Assembly (NCBI GenBank): GCA_904063045.1
Contig: CAJFCJ010000019.1
Coordinates: 1,937,700-2,001,699 of the forward strand
Direction: 5' to 3'
Length of the DNA: 64,000 nucleotides
Source of the DNA: Dimorphilus gyrociliatus
Lineage: Eukaryota > Animalia > Annelida
A program made the position numbers and the translations under genes. Below are positions 9,916 to 22,988 of this stretch, in pieces (position 1 is the stretch's first letter; each line of letters starts with the position of its first letter). The notes under the pieces are model-generated. The model was not told the origin of the DNA, ran no database searches, and was given only the letters and a program-made list of their open reading frames with translations.

Positions 9916-12900
9916 TTAGACGAGCGTTGAATCGGGTGTTTGTTGATTCCTATCCGTTAACCAGTTCATCATCTCTGATTTAAAAGCATCGCTCTGGCAG
10001 CTCATATCCAGATCTCCGAATGTTTTCTCAAAACTGTTTGTCGGAGACCGCACTGGCTCGCACTTTAACAATTCGGGCGGTGCATACTGGTGTACTTTTT
10101 GAACATTGTCTGGAGAAATGGGTGACATTTGGCGGCGCCTGCTCTCGCTATATTTAGCGACATCAGAGGATAGGAAAGGTCTAAAAACCTCCACACAGTC
10201 TTGATACCTCTTAACTATCACGTGATCATTGCAAGTAGAAGAACAAACTCGATTACTCTCGTATTCCATATTTAACTGCTTTGGCTCTGTATATGATCCG
10301 TTCGCTTCAATCTGCTGTAAAGCAGCGTGTTGAGGCCTATAAGAGTGTTCGACTCTAATGGGATACTGAGGAGGCTCAACTACATGTTCGATGTATCGCT
10401 GCGATATGGTTGGGTACTGTTGTATTCGATATTTCGGACGGTGGGAAGGCAAGTATGGTTTGTACCCAGCGTTCTTTTCTGGATTAATGTTTTGGGGAGG
10501 GGGAGATTCGTTAGGGGAGGGGAGATTATGAGACTGAACCTGGGGTGGAGAATTAAAAGAAGTTGAAGGAGTTATACAGGGAGAAGATGAGGGTGTTGAA
10601 GAAGAGCCATTCTTTTTTGCTTTACAACTAGAGGTCAATTCAACGTATTCAACCTGTTTAATGCACATAATGGTAAATTTAAAGATCCCTGTGGTCAACT
10701 TTATAACAAGTAACTACCCTTGGGGTTTCGGGCTGCTTATTACCCTTAATTGCAGGGTACCTTGCATAGGTAACAACGACTTGTTCAGGAGAAGAGCTCT
10801 GTGGGTGGATAAATAAAAAGCAGTTGTTAGTTTAACAAAAATTTCCAATTTAATTTTAAAGAGAAGCGAAAGGGTGTTAGTCATTAAATTAACATTTGTT
10901 TCTCCATCTTAGTTTTACTCACTCTAGGCGAACATCTAGTAATATTTTCTCTTCCAAGAGCTGGTGAGTCACGAGGACTAACTAAATCATCCAAGGAATC
11001 GTCATCACTAAAATCTTCAACGGACTTCGAGACATGAACTGCTTTTTGGCCTTTTTTGATTTTCAAGTTATTTAATCTATCTTCCAATTTCCTTAGTTCG
11101 CTGGCACTCGTCTTAAAAGTGAACTTATGTTTCCTTCTAATAGTTCCTTTAGACTCTTTATATACTTTTTTATTAGCAGCAACAACAGACTTAACGATTT
11201 CAACTTTCTTTTCCAATTCATTCACAACGATGTCGGCATGGTCACTAAACAATTTCGGAGGAAAGGGAAACAACGTTCCAACTTTCTTCTGTAGTATTGC
11301 TTCTGAATCACCAGGATATTCCTTTGGTAAATGACCCGTCAACTCCTTCAATGAAACATAAAATTTGTATAAAAAAGAGACTACTTCATTAAGTAATTCA
11401 TTTATGAATGAATATATGTATGAATTGAATTGTTTACTTACATATTCCTCTATACAGCTTGCTTTTAATTCTTCCAACCTCTGCTTTAGCTTCTCTTCAA
11501 GCATCAATTTCCGTTTCTCCAGTTCAATTTTTCGTTCCTTTCTCTCTTCTGGAGTTAGCGTTTCAATATTCATAACTTTTAAGGATAAAATGAAAAAAAA
11601 TTATTATTAAAAATTTTACAAACAATAGAACAAAGAATACAATTAACTTACCGGCTTTAGAATATTTACCAACGGCTACAAATTTAGCTCGATCTAAACT
11701 TTTAACGATTTCTTCATTTGTTCTAGTGGCGAAACCCTGAAAGTTTTCCGGTCTCAAGTAGTGCTTGTGTTGTTCTATTGCCGTTTGCCAAATATTCTTA
11801 GTTAAACTCAATGAATTCGTAAACCAAGCGTGAACATAAACAGAACCGCTTGAGAACGTTCGTCGACTAGTTGACACCCTGGTAATTGATGAGAGGGAAA
11901 AAGTACTTATATAATTAATTCATTTTTTTTATTAATGGAAGAAAGCTGTTCCCAACACCCCGCTAGATGGCGAAGCACTCACTGTGTTGTAGGTTCATTA
12001 ATGGCTGTTGATAATTCGTCACAAGACGAATGAATATGACCATGGTAACGCTCTGGCACTTGTGTTTCCTCATAAATGTTATACGTACTTTTTGACTGCA
12101 CCAGTCTGCAACGATAGGGCGATTATCAGGCGCTGGAGGTGCGTCTGTCGCCATCTAGCGGTTAGCGCGAGAAAGTGTAGATTATGACAGAGTTGAAGCG
12201 ACTTGAATCACGGCAAAAGCACCTCCAGCGCCACCTACCTTTTGGAATCGTGAACTTCTATTGAAAACTTCTTTTCGCGATAGTAGAGATTCTCGAGCTG
12301 CTTCCAAGTAAACATCTAATGGTGGAATAGGTTGGAATGTTAATCAATTCTCTTTTCGGATTAATCAATCGCATTATTAATGGTATGGAGGGGAAAATAA
12401 AATTAACGAACAAAGAAATAACCGCAAACTTGCCTTAGTCACAATAGTCCTATTTTCATAATCAAACTGTCCAATGCCTTTATGACTAACACCTAACCAA
12501 TGTAAATTATTTTGTTTATCCTTAACTTGAAAATAGTGCATTCCATAGGAAGGTGAATTCTCAGCATTTTGAATAGTTAAAACGACAGCTTTTCCTCTCG
12601 AGCAATCCTTTAGGCCCCGCCATTGCTCAATAACAACATCAACTAGGTCATCTGGAATTTCGTGTTCAATTCCTTCTTTATAATCACCATGTAAAGCTTG
12701 AAGGATGTGAGCATAAGTTTCGTATAAAAGAGGTCCTTTGGCAAAGCATAGCTCCTTTGAGTGCAAATTCCTAACAATCTGGTAAAATAAGGCTAAAACC
12801 GATGAATCCTCTGAGAGACAAGTAAAACTTTCGCAAAAGAATCGAACACCGAAGAATAACAACAAACTCTTATTAGGGGGAAGTTCTTGGTCCAGAACAT

Positions 12901-13096
12901 TTCTTTCTAGATCTAACCAGTGCTTTTGATTGCAACTATCTTTCCAAAATATACCGAAATATGATTTATCCGTTTTAATATGAAGGTGAGAAAAGACCAT
13001 ATCAAGAAGGTCGCGAGATGAGAGAGACGGTTGAATGAGTACATTTATTTCTGTTCCGTCGAGAAAAAGAATTTTTGTTTGGCGACTGTTACTCAT
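9916..13096 (-). CDS. FRMD4: FERM-domain protein 4-like; exons 13096-12434, 12315-12239, 11878-11652, 11575-11442, 11345-10923, 10698 (or 10653)-9916
   Basis: N-terminal FERM, WKQLENLYYREKKFSIEVHD, VHAW...KNIWQTAIEQH and coiled-coil LEEKLKQRLEELK..C..E.ELTGHLPKEYP typical of FRMD4A/B; splice phases consistent. Confidence 0.88.
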
Positions 13097-14116
13097 CTGT
13101 AAAGAAGAATGAACATATAATGATCTTTCCTATAGACCTTGATCTATTTAACAAACGCTAATTCACTGTAAGATTCTTTGAATACTTCATTAAACTATTT
13201 GATAGCAGAGTTACAAGACAATAGAACAAAAAAAAAACTCCTTAGGTTTACATTCAATCGTCAAGTATGCAATTGACAATGGGATTATACTACAGTATAA
13301 AGAACTAAATTTAAGGCACAAAAGATTAAAACAAACCTTTATCGGTATAACGTGATCATATCAATAATTCGCTGACATTTCTCATGAGCAAATGCATAAA
13401 TTACTTATATAAAATCTTTTCTTATCAAAAACTCAGCAATCCTGTATGAATCACTTATCTGATATGATTCAACAAACAATGCAGCTTCCGAGGGTTAGAA
13501 ATACGATCGATTATATCTATTGTAATAAAGAGTACGATGAGTTGTTTTTGTTGATTGTCTTAATCCGTATATCGATGATATAATACGAGAATTTGACAAG
13601 CAATCTTAGTAAATTTAACCCTAATCGGCCATATTTATAACTTCCGGTTTGTAGCCGGGTTACGCGATCCGCTCATAAAATGTGAACCATATTATAAGAG
13701 AAGAAACCACACAAAGCCGAAAACGCCATCTAAAGTATTTGTTGGGCATATAAATTTGTTTAAAAGTAATAAATATCCCATAAAAACATATTTTCTTTTA
13801 AAAATATTGTATAGAAGTTTACTTGTAAGGTTTCTACGTAGTTTTAACAAATTTAGTGTATTCTTGCTCTCAAGAGGTCGCAAAAGATATAAGGAGGTCT
13901 GAAATATCTTACTTTAAAGTTTGAGCTCTAAAAAATTGAGTAGTGTCAACATGTAAACAATGTTAGCTATATGAACTCAATAGTATACGCACGACTATAA
14001 AACGTAATTCTACTTTCGATTAGATGGCGCTGAGATTTGTTTAAAGCGCAAAATGCATATTTATAAGGTGATATTTGCGCCATCTACCAACGTGAAAATA
14101 GTTAAGCTTTAATTTC

Positions 14117-15773
14117 ATGATGGCGACGTTGGAGGACAAGCGATTTGATCTAGATTACCGAAGCTTTTCCTCCAAAAATGCCCGTTTTACTATACTTCGC
14201 GTGAAACTAACCGACGCTGCCTTGCATTCTATCGAAAAGTATCAAAAACACAAGGTAAGTCCACTGGATTGCTACTTTTCTCAGTTCTATCCATACGGTT
14301 AAAATTACTTTGTCCTCTTTCTTTCATAGTAATATAGGATTTTAGAACCGAATTTGATATTCAAATGTTGTTTATACCACATTAATTGTCTGAAGAATCG
14401 TGTCAAATAAACATCTGTTGATTAATTAATGGTATTAACGAAAAAAACTATATATATAAAGCATCTGTTTTTTGCAGACACGTATGCTAAATTAAGTTTC
14501 AGGCGTGGTTAACTCTTCGTGTTTTTCAGAATCATTTAACCCAAAAAGCGACCATTCTACTCAACTCCTCCAACGGCTCCTTACGAATTCCAACTGGAAA
14601 AAATAATGAAACGAAAGATTTTAAACTAACCGTATCAAAAATTCCGAAAGAAGAAGACTGTGTCGAACAATCTAGAAACGGCTCAAAGTTTGTTGCACTT
14701 GGTGTTCAAACATGCAAAATTCAAGTTGGTGCTACGGAAGAGGTATACGAACAGACTAGAGAAAGAATGGTTGCTGCCGAAAAGGAAAGACAAAAGGAAG
14801 GAACTCAGGAAATAGAAACCAAAGTTAAAAGTCTTGTTAATGGTAGAAATAAAGGTGTTTCGACACCCACATCACCATTTAGAAAAAGACACAGTCCTGT
14901 TACGATACCGAAAAGAAACGATGCGAAAAATGACATTACTTCTAGACCTCTTCGAGATAGAATCATTCACATTTTAGCCATTGGTACTTATAAAAGACCA
15001 GAACTGATAATTCGCCTTAATAATGGTTAGTATTAGTGGCTAGTGGTTAATTTTGAATTTTGAATCAATAAATTAGTTATTTATTTATTTCAATTTAATA
15101 AACAGATGGACCTTCATGTCAAGCTTCTTCACCTGATTTGCTCAATAACATTCTCCAAGATGTAGCCAACCAATCCAAAGAGGGAAGTTACACTCTGCAA
15201 CGCCGATTCTACTCCAAAATACAACCGGATTGGCCTGGATACTCTGCAGAAGACCGCAAAATCCTTTTTGATCGCATGCCTACAAAACTGTCTCCTTCTG
15301 AGCCTGAAGCCAAAAAACCCAAAGTAGATTCTACTTGTCCAGTTAGAAAGACTAATTTGGAACAGAGAATCGAAAGAGCTCAAATGAAACGGGTACACGC
15401 TCAAAATAAGGAGATATCTCCAAAACCTATTTCGCCTACTGATTTTACAAGGAAGTATGTTCGGATAGAAAACGACGAGCAGTTCAGATCATACGTTTCT
15501 TCATATCGATCCGAGTACAGCTCCTATATAAGTCTGCATTCCTTTCTTTTTAAGCAATATTATTCTCAATTCGAAGCTTTTCAAGATGAACTTCAAAAAG
15601 TTGATCCTGGTAGTGAAGAAGAACGTCGTCTTTGTGACAGTATTATAGAAGCTTTTAATCGAGTGAAGAACGATGAACAGTTTGAGAAAAGAAAAGGCAG
15701 ATTTGACATCTTGCATTCGAAACTTAGTCATATTAGACGGCTGATAAAAGAGTATGAATCTAGAACTAATTAA
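14117..15773 (+). CDS. ELL: RNA polymerase II elongation factor ELL; exons 14117-14254, 14530-15025, 15106-15773
   Basis: VKLTDAAL N-terminal motif, RPLRDRIIHILA.GTYKRPEL, and a C-terminal occludin/ELL domain; phases consistent. Confidence 0.9.
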
Positions 15774-15933
15774 TTAAAAATTCTCTTAATTTATCGTCAG
15801 TGAGAACCAAATACATTTTTAGGTGACAAGTTAATTATGTTTTTATGCAATAATCTTTTATTTCATATGTTTAATGTACAAAATAATCCACCAAAATAGT
15901 ATCTAAGAGTCGATAATATTACTATTGCATCTG

Positions 15934-16341
15934 TTACAGTCGTCCTTTTTGTGTACTTATATAGAGAACTGTAAATAAGATTGCATAATCGTCCTTGAGA
16001 ATGAAAAAAATTAAAACTGATAATACGCACCATTATTCCCTCTAATGAATGCGTCACCATATTTATTCTTTAATTGACCATTAGCATACTCTTCAGTTTG
16101 TTCCAAAGCAATATTCATATAACCGTCCAAGCAAGACAAAACACCTGTATTTGAGATGTAATTAGCACACTTTTTCTTGCAATGACTAAAGTCTATTGAT
16201 AATAGTTATGTAATCTTCTTTTTCTCACGTAATAATGAACCCGTACGAACCTCTATAATCGATACCAGAGTTTAGCTTAACTACAACTGGACGACCTATT
16301 ATTTGTTTCAGAAAATCGCTTGGCGTCTGTTTGCGACTCAT
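15934..16341 (-). CDS. LSM6: U6 snRNA-associated Sm-like protein LSm6; exons 16341-16251, 16144-16031, 15968-15934 (79 aa)
   Basis: MSRKQTPSDFLKQIIGRPVVVKLNSGIDYRGVLACLDGYMNIALEQTEEY.NGQLKNKYGDAFIRGNNVLYIS; missed by the ORF track. Confidence 0.97.
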
Positions 16342-17884
16342 TTCAGATTAAGTAACCTGTGCGAAAAGGGGAGCATTACAATGAAATATCTAATTTGACA
16401 TGTAGCTTATCAGTAAATCTAGCCTTCAATTTTGCAATAGAATAGTATTATTCTATTTCATAAGAAAATTATGTCACCAGACGATCTAGTTTAGTTTTTA
16501 AGAGACTAACCGTTCTAGCCGGAGTTATTATAAATACGAAGATATTTTTGACTGGGTAGCCTGGTTTCTATTTGTTGATAGATCGAATATAAAATAAGAA
16601 TTCTGTGTATAACAATATTTTATTGTATTTTTTCATTTTTATCGTATTATCATTTTTTTATATTCAAATTTTCTATAGTTAGCTTTAACCTTGTCTGTCT
16701 TTTTCTTGTTTTCGCAGTACGTGTTCTAGAATACATTATATTCAATACTTTGCATGCAGATGTTCCGGATATCACAGATGTGCATATTTATATAATTTTC
16801 TTTATACACTACATTCTTTTCGTTTCAACAGCTAGGTGGTTATATTAAGTTATCAAGTTATAGCGTTCTAATAATAGTATAGTGTATATAGCTTTAGACT
16901 AATTCTTATGATATTTGTTCTTCACCCTCCCTTTATTATATTTTACGTTTAAGGGTCTTTGAGTACTATCCTTCTATAAAAGAACTCTAACAGTCAGTGC
17001 TTACGCCTATCTTTCTTAAATAGATATTAGCGTTTATTATATTTTTTTCAGAGCACCAATTTTATTTTTCCTAATGTTATTGATAACAGTTTTCTTCTCT
17101 TCTTTCCCATTCATTGATTGAATATCTTTCAATTCTTTTCAATTCCTTTTTTCTCCTATTCTATTGAACGTTTTTATACTTTTTCATTTTTATTACCCCT
17201 CCCCCTCCCCCCTCCCTCGCCTCTCCCTATTGCCTCATTCCCTCATGCCCTTGTAAGCTTTTGCCTGAAGAATGTATAATAGAAAGTTAATGTAAAAACA
17301 TGTAGGTGTAGCATATGTTTATCAAAAAGAATTTATTCACTTTCAAAATAATAGTTTCATACTTTGTTGTTATTACTAAAAGTTGTAATTTCTATTCAAT
17401 TAATAGTCCTAGTAACAAATATATATATATAGATGAATAAATCAACACTGATATCAGCTGATAGAACATTCTATATCAATACTTTTTAATTTTATTTCAA
17501 AACTATAAATCATGTATAGTTCTTATCATTATCTCATATTTTTTTCTATTTGATATAAATAACAATATGAACGAATAATCGGCTAAAATTCTATCGGAGA
17601 ATAGTTGTTTAGTATTGAAAGTTTTAAGGCAATATAATGTTTTTTTTTAAAATCGTCTTTTGTAAATGATAAGCCTATTTATCTATTATTTAATAAAAAT
17701 ATAATTAAAACTTATTAATATGATTGAATAGATAATAAATGTTTTGTACAACTCCATATATATATATATATATATGTATATATATTTCTTTTACAATAGT
17801 TTTCTAGCAATAACGGCTAGAGCCAGAGCGTTGCTATTTGGAAAACTCTGAATTATTAGCAAAGGAATGCGCACGCATTTATTT

Positions 17885-17896
17885 GGTCACGTGACC
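17885..17896. promoter_or_regulatory. 12-bp palindromic E-box GGTCACGTGACC upstream of CYBC1
   Basis: Exact palindrome about 350 bp upstream of the ATG. Confidence 0.5.
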
Positions 17897-18250
17897 ACAA
17901 AGAATTGTTCTTTGTTTGTCAAGCGTTTTCTCTATTTTGTGCTTGGGGAGCGGTATTTTTGTAAATTTAAAATGGAGATATAATTCCAAAGCATGTCAAG
18001 GACAGTTTTGCAACATGAATAATAAAGCTTGGGGTAAGGGATGAATTGTAAAATCATTTCTTTATTGTAATATCGCTCTTAATGTTTGTCTATTCGTTTT
18101 CAGTTGTCGAATCTATGATTACGACATGCTCGTTTTAAATTTTAAGATTTCTAGCCATAAAAAGGAAAGTCTGTAAAATAATATAAGGTTGGCTTTAACA
18201 TTCTATTCATTCATTTAAAATATTCTACATAATTTTACATTTAAAGAACA

Positions 18251-19329
18251 ATGGCGTACTATGTAAAATATGGAGAGGAGAATGGCATATTAAAACTATA
18301 TAAGAACCCCAGTGTCAAATCATGGGCAATTTTAACAAGTGATTATTTAATATATTTGTTTTTTTTTTCAAATAATATTATTATGTTTATCTATTACAGT
18401 GCTTCTAAGCATTGGAGGAGCAGCCTCTCTTTTTACGTCCGGTAAGTTATATTTACAAAATTTTCAACAAGCTAATCTAAAAAAAGTCTTTTTATAACAT
18501 TGTAGAAAACTTTATATGGAGAACTGGATACTTATGTTGTACGTTGTTTATCGGTCTAACGTGTATGGACGATTTTCAAGTTAGGGAATAAATGTTCTAA
18601 TATATTTATTGATAATAATATTGTTTTACAGGAGTGCATTTTAGAGAAAAAGAAGGAAAGAATTACATTTTATAAACGCAGTTTGCTGCAAAAACTATTG
18701 TCTCTTTCGACCATCTCTGATTTTTGTAAGTTTAACGATAAATAGTATGTGTATATGACCTTAACAATACTATGTGACAGATGAAGGGCATTTAGTAAAT
18801 ATACAATATGTTTCGGTCGATTCTAACGGAGAATATGGTAATAGTGGAAAGATGAAATGCCGAGTTGTTGTATGCTGTCAAGATATTGAAAATAATCAAA
18901 ATCTCATTTATCCAATAACTGATGGATTTTACGAGGAATGCGAGTAAGTTTATTTAAAACGCAGACTATGTTATTTAAACTATTAAATATCGACGTTGTC
19001 GAACATTTTTATCAATATCAATAAATGATAACTATCTATATTTCAGATCTCATTTTGAAGTAGCCAAGAAGATTGCAGATTATTTAGGTCTTATTGAGAT
19101 ACGAGAAGATCAGGAAGAGGAAGAAGAGGAAGGAACTGGTGAAGAGGATGAAGGATCATTGTCTGAGACTAGTCATGAAAATGAAGGGGAAGAGTTTGCC
19201 ATCGATCAAAGCGAATCAGACTACGGTAGCAATGATTATGACGACGGAACATCGAGCCAAAATTCTTTTGAAATGGATAATACATTTGACGAACAATCAG
19301 AGGAGGAAGTCAAAAATTTTCCAGTTTAA
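18251..19329 (+). CDS. CYBC1: Cytochrome b-245 chaperone 1 / EROS (C17orf62) homolog, 6 exons, acidic C-terminal tail
   Basis: PSVKSWAILTMLLSIGGAA...WRTGYLCCTLFIGLTCMDDFQECILEK...SLLQKLLSL resembles human EROS (PGIRSWSLL..LSIG..W..Y...CLFV..LEDWEEAIFDK..SLYKKLLTL); exons 18251-18338, 18400-18441, 18506-18579, 18632-18725, 18781-18943, 19047-19329 are in frame. Confidence 0.8.
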
Positions 19330-20153
19330 TGCATGCTAAAAAATTATAATTTAAATCTGTATAATTCGAATTAAATGTAAAATATAAAATTTCTTTTAGT
19401 GAAATCTAAGCCGCTCTCAGAGCATAAAGGCTTTGTACATGTACTTGAATTCCCTTGTAAACAGCCTTGTGGAGTTCTCAGCGAGTATGAATAACAACAA
19501 TTCGAAACCCAAAAAATACGTATGTTAAATTATATTATTACAATACATTTGTTAATTAAAGAATCAATTTGTTTTTAAAGTGTTCTTCAGATTAATAGTT
19601 AAACATTCTTTATTGTAAATAACATACGCATTCAATTTGAGTTTATTAGGTACCAAAGTCTCCTAGGCCTTCTTCAAAGACTATCTGTTAAGTATAATTC
19701 TACATCTTTTTCCTGTAGATGACGCTAGCTATCAATCAGTCATATGGAAATTTTATTTGTGTTATAAATATAATGCTTTCCAAAAATATCTTTGTTTACC
19801 ATACAAAATTCGTACAATCTTCTTGTCCCGTTTTGATATTGTTCTCAAGAGCTGTTTAAATGTAATCTCTTGTATTATCATAGGCTTACACTATATTTAT
19901 CAGTTCAACCTATGCATTTTAATAGAAACAGTAAACACCAATGTAATCAGTTATGACGTTGATTTCTTATCTTTGTAGGAAGATTGGTAACAGAAGTTAA
20001 GTTGAACAATATGGAGTTTTTGAACCAAAGAACGATAATGGGGGTTTTTTATTTCAAATTTAAACACTTCATAATTTGAGTAGCGTTACATTTATAATTG
20101 AGTAGAAACTCTTCTATTGTCAAAAATTAACATTTCAACCTCCTTCTAAGACG

Positions 20154-21687
20154 ATGGCGGAATGCTCTATGTTTTTTTCGACGCTAACTAATTCTAGCAC
20201 CTTTTCCTTTGGGAAAGCAAGCTACGAAGGTTTAAAAGCGAAGAATGCTCTTCTCGATTACGGTTTTACTTTTGTAGAGAAAAGAGTCTCCGCAATTGGT
20301 AAGCCTGTTCTCGAGGTTGGAAGTAAACTAATAGAAAAATACCCCAAGCAAGGTAGACAAGGAGAGCAATAAATAAATGAAAGGTTTTCTTCTTTTGTAA
20401 ATAACACCTTTTCTCTAAACATTCACAGCTAAAGTATTTGATAAAAAAGCTGCTGATTGCTTGCAGAAGGTCGAAGATGAAACGCCAAAGGTATTTTAAC
20501 ACTGTTCAATTACATATTATCTAGAAGTACACCATTTATATTCTCTACTACAGTTACTTAGCGCTGTAAAGGACTCTGCAGTAAAAAATTGCACGAGTAG
20601 CTTAAAATGGTGTCTACAATCGTCTGTAGGCAGAAAAGGATTGAAAATGATGACCTCCGTAATTAATGCAACCGAAGTTATCATCGATAAAATAGAAGAT
20701 AAAAAGATAGAGGAGAAACTTGACGATGAAACAAATCCAAAAGAGAATAATGAAAACAAAGATACAATAATAGATAAATTTACTTTAAGGGGAAGGAAGA
20801 TATTTTCTTTCTTTTTGAAGGTTCCTTTAACAGGCTTGGTATGAATATTAAAATCAGTTCAAATATTTTCGACAATATGCCACCGAATAATCCTTATAAT
20901 CCGATTAAGGTGAATGTTTTGAAAGTACTTCGTCACCGACTTTATAGAATTGCTAAACTAAAGCAAGTTAGGAAATTGAGAAAGAGAGGAAACCCCCCTA
21001 AAGAAGATAAGGAGGAAAGAACTTGTCAAGCGAACGGTCACGTACAATCTGAATCTGGTAAGTTGATTAAAGATTTTCTTTAATTATATAATTGATTTAT
21101 CTATTAAGAGTCTGATAATTGTAAAAATATTGAATAAGGATATAGAATAAAAGATATAATAATTATAATCATTGACTCTTGATAATGAGAGAGAAAAGAT
21201 AACGGCTTTCCTATTGCCATCTTTTCATCTTATCTCTCGTCTATTTCCGCTTTCGTAATCTGTTATTTTTTCTCTTAAAAAAAAATCTATTATATAAATA
21301 CAGATGAAAGTGAGCACGATCTTGAAAATTTCGATTTCGAAAATTACCAATCGGATGACGATCCCAATTACGAAGTATATAGTATAGCATATATATAATA
21401 ATATATATAATATCTATCTGATTAAACCATTAGGCTACTTTTGTTTTGTTGGAAGTATTTAATCTATTATTTGTTTTTTCTTTCTTTCTTTTACAATCTC
21501 TCTCTCCCTCTCTCTGTTCTCTACACTAAAATAGCCACCATCTTCTCCATCATCCTCGGACGATTCATCAGATTACGAAAGCGAATCGGAACGTGGCGAG
21601 AATCTAATGGAGGAACTACAAGATAAACCTCCTACCACCGAGAAAACCGAAGGCGAAGAAAAGAAAGAAGAAAATACTTGTAATTAA
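20154..21687 (+). CDS. Perilipin-like lipid-droplet protein (divergent), 6 exons
   Basis: PAT-like pattern (SYEGLKAKN...EK.V...KPVLE...DKKAADCLQKVED..P; SSVGRKGL...INATEVIIDK; LRHRLY) and acidic tail; exons 20154-20352, 20429-20490, 20554-20838, 20910-21057, 21304-21374, 21535-21687 are phase-consistent. Confidence 0.55.
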
Positions 21688-21871
21688 AAATTCGTTTAAT
21701 CATAATACTTTTTTGATTTTTTTCGTGCAAGTTTTCTTTTCTCTCTTACCTTTTTTTAAACATGTGCAAAGGATATGCTGAATTATAAGGCACTCACATT
21801 CTTTTTTTGCAAAAAGAAGGAAAAAAAAATAAAGAATCATTAATAAAATAAAAAAAAAAAGAAGAAAGATG

Positions 21872-22988
21872 TTATTCAATTTCCGGTTCAATAGTTTGAA
21901 CACCGATAGTATTTGTATCGATTACCGTTTTGATTACTGGTCTAACTGGTACAGCTTTTTCGGGGAATTTTCTTTTCTTTTGCAATTTCATTTCATCTGG
22001 GCTACTAGTCCCCCAAGCTGCTCTGAATACTCCGGAATCAACTGTGGCTAAACCCCTCATTCTCTTCTGACTAGCCTTTCTTAAATCGCTTTCAACATTG
22101 AGAACGGGTGTTGATAACCAATGTGAATGAGTTGTGGTATGCCTACCTAATGGTGCCGTTGCCGGTATAGGAGGTAATCTCATGTTTTCCACAATCTTTG
22201 GAGGGTATCTTTCTCCAGTAGTACACTGCAGGACTAGTTGCTGTTCCCTTGTTCTTTGGCGTTGTTGGGAATGTAAGGGGTCCTTGAGATGGCCCGTTCT
22301 GGCTACTAATAAAGAGGGTCTTGTTGGATGCAGAGATAATGGATAATACTCGTCGGCAGAAACTACATCAAGGAATACGTGACCTTTCTTATTAAGGTGT
22401 TCCAAATACTCTCGGTACAATTGGCGTTTTCTTTTCTTTAACTCTTTGTACATCTCTCCTTTAATCTCCTCATTAATCTTATTTTCAAGGGGTGCATAAA
22501 CTTTATCCGTCCATCTCTTGTGTAATAGTTCCTTTTTTCTTAACGTCAACCATTCATTGTCATCTAAAAGTGTCGATAGTTTGTCATCGATAAAAAAACG
22601 TTCATTTTCCAATATTTGTTGGCATTCATCCAAAATAGGTCGACTTTCTGAATTGGCATTCTTTTGTATTTTCTTTATTGTTTGCCGGTTAAGCCAATCA
22701 TTAAATTTTGTCGAATGTTTTATAAGCAACTCAGCATCAACGCCATTTTTATCTTCGTCCTATGGATATTTATATTTAAGTGTTATTTACAATTTCATGT
22801 ATATTAATTAACTTATTAGGGTTAATAACAAGTAAAAATCATACTTCTTCGTCTAAAATTTCCTCTTCTTGAACTTGGCACAATGGTTCTGAAAGCTTTG
22901 GCTGAGGTTCCGTTGTGATTAAATCACGAAACTCATCATTTAAATGAATTGTTCCACCAACTCGCTTTTGACAATATAACGACGTCAT
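21872..22988 (-). CDS. FAM228: FAM228-family protein; exons 22988-22845, 22759-21872
   Basis: LRKKELLHKRWTDKVYAPLENKI and YLEHLNKKGHVFLD...EYYPL resemble FAM228A/B. Confidence 0.7.

Noticed and set aside
10327-11610. Plus-strand ORFs 10327-10566, 11056-11334, 11365-11610
   Set aside because: Antisense shadows of FRMD4 coding exons.
11963-12154. 63-aa ORF in the FRMD4 intron
   Set aside because: Its ATG comes from the CTCF-like motif; no homology. The region is better explained by the inverted repeats.
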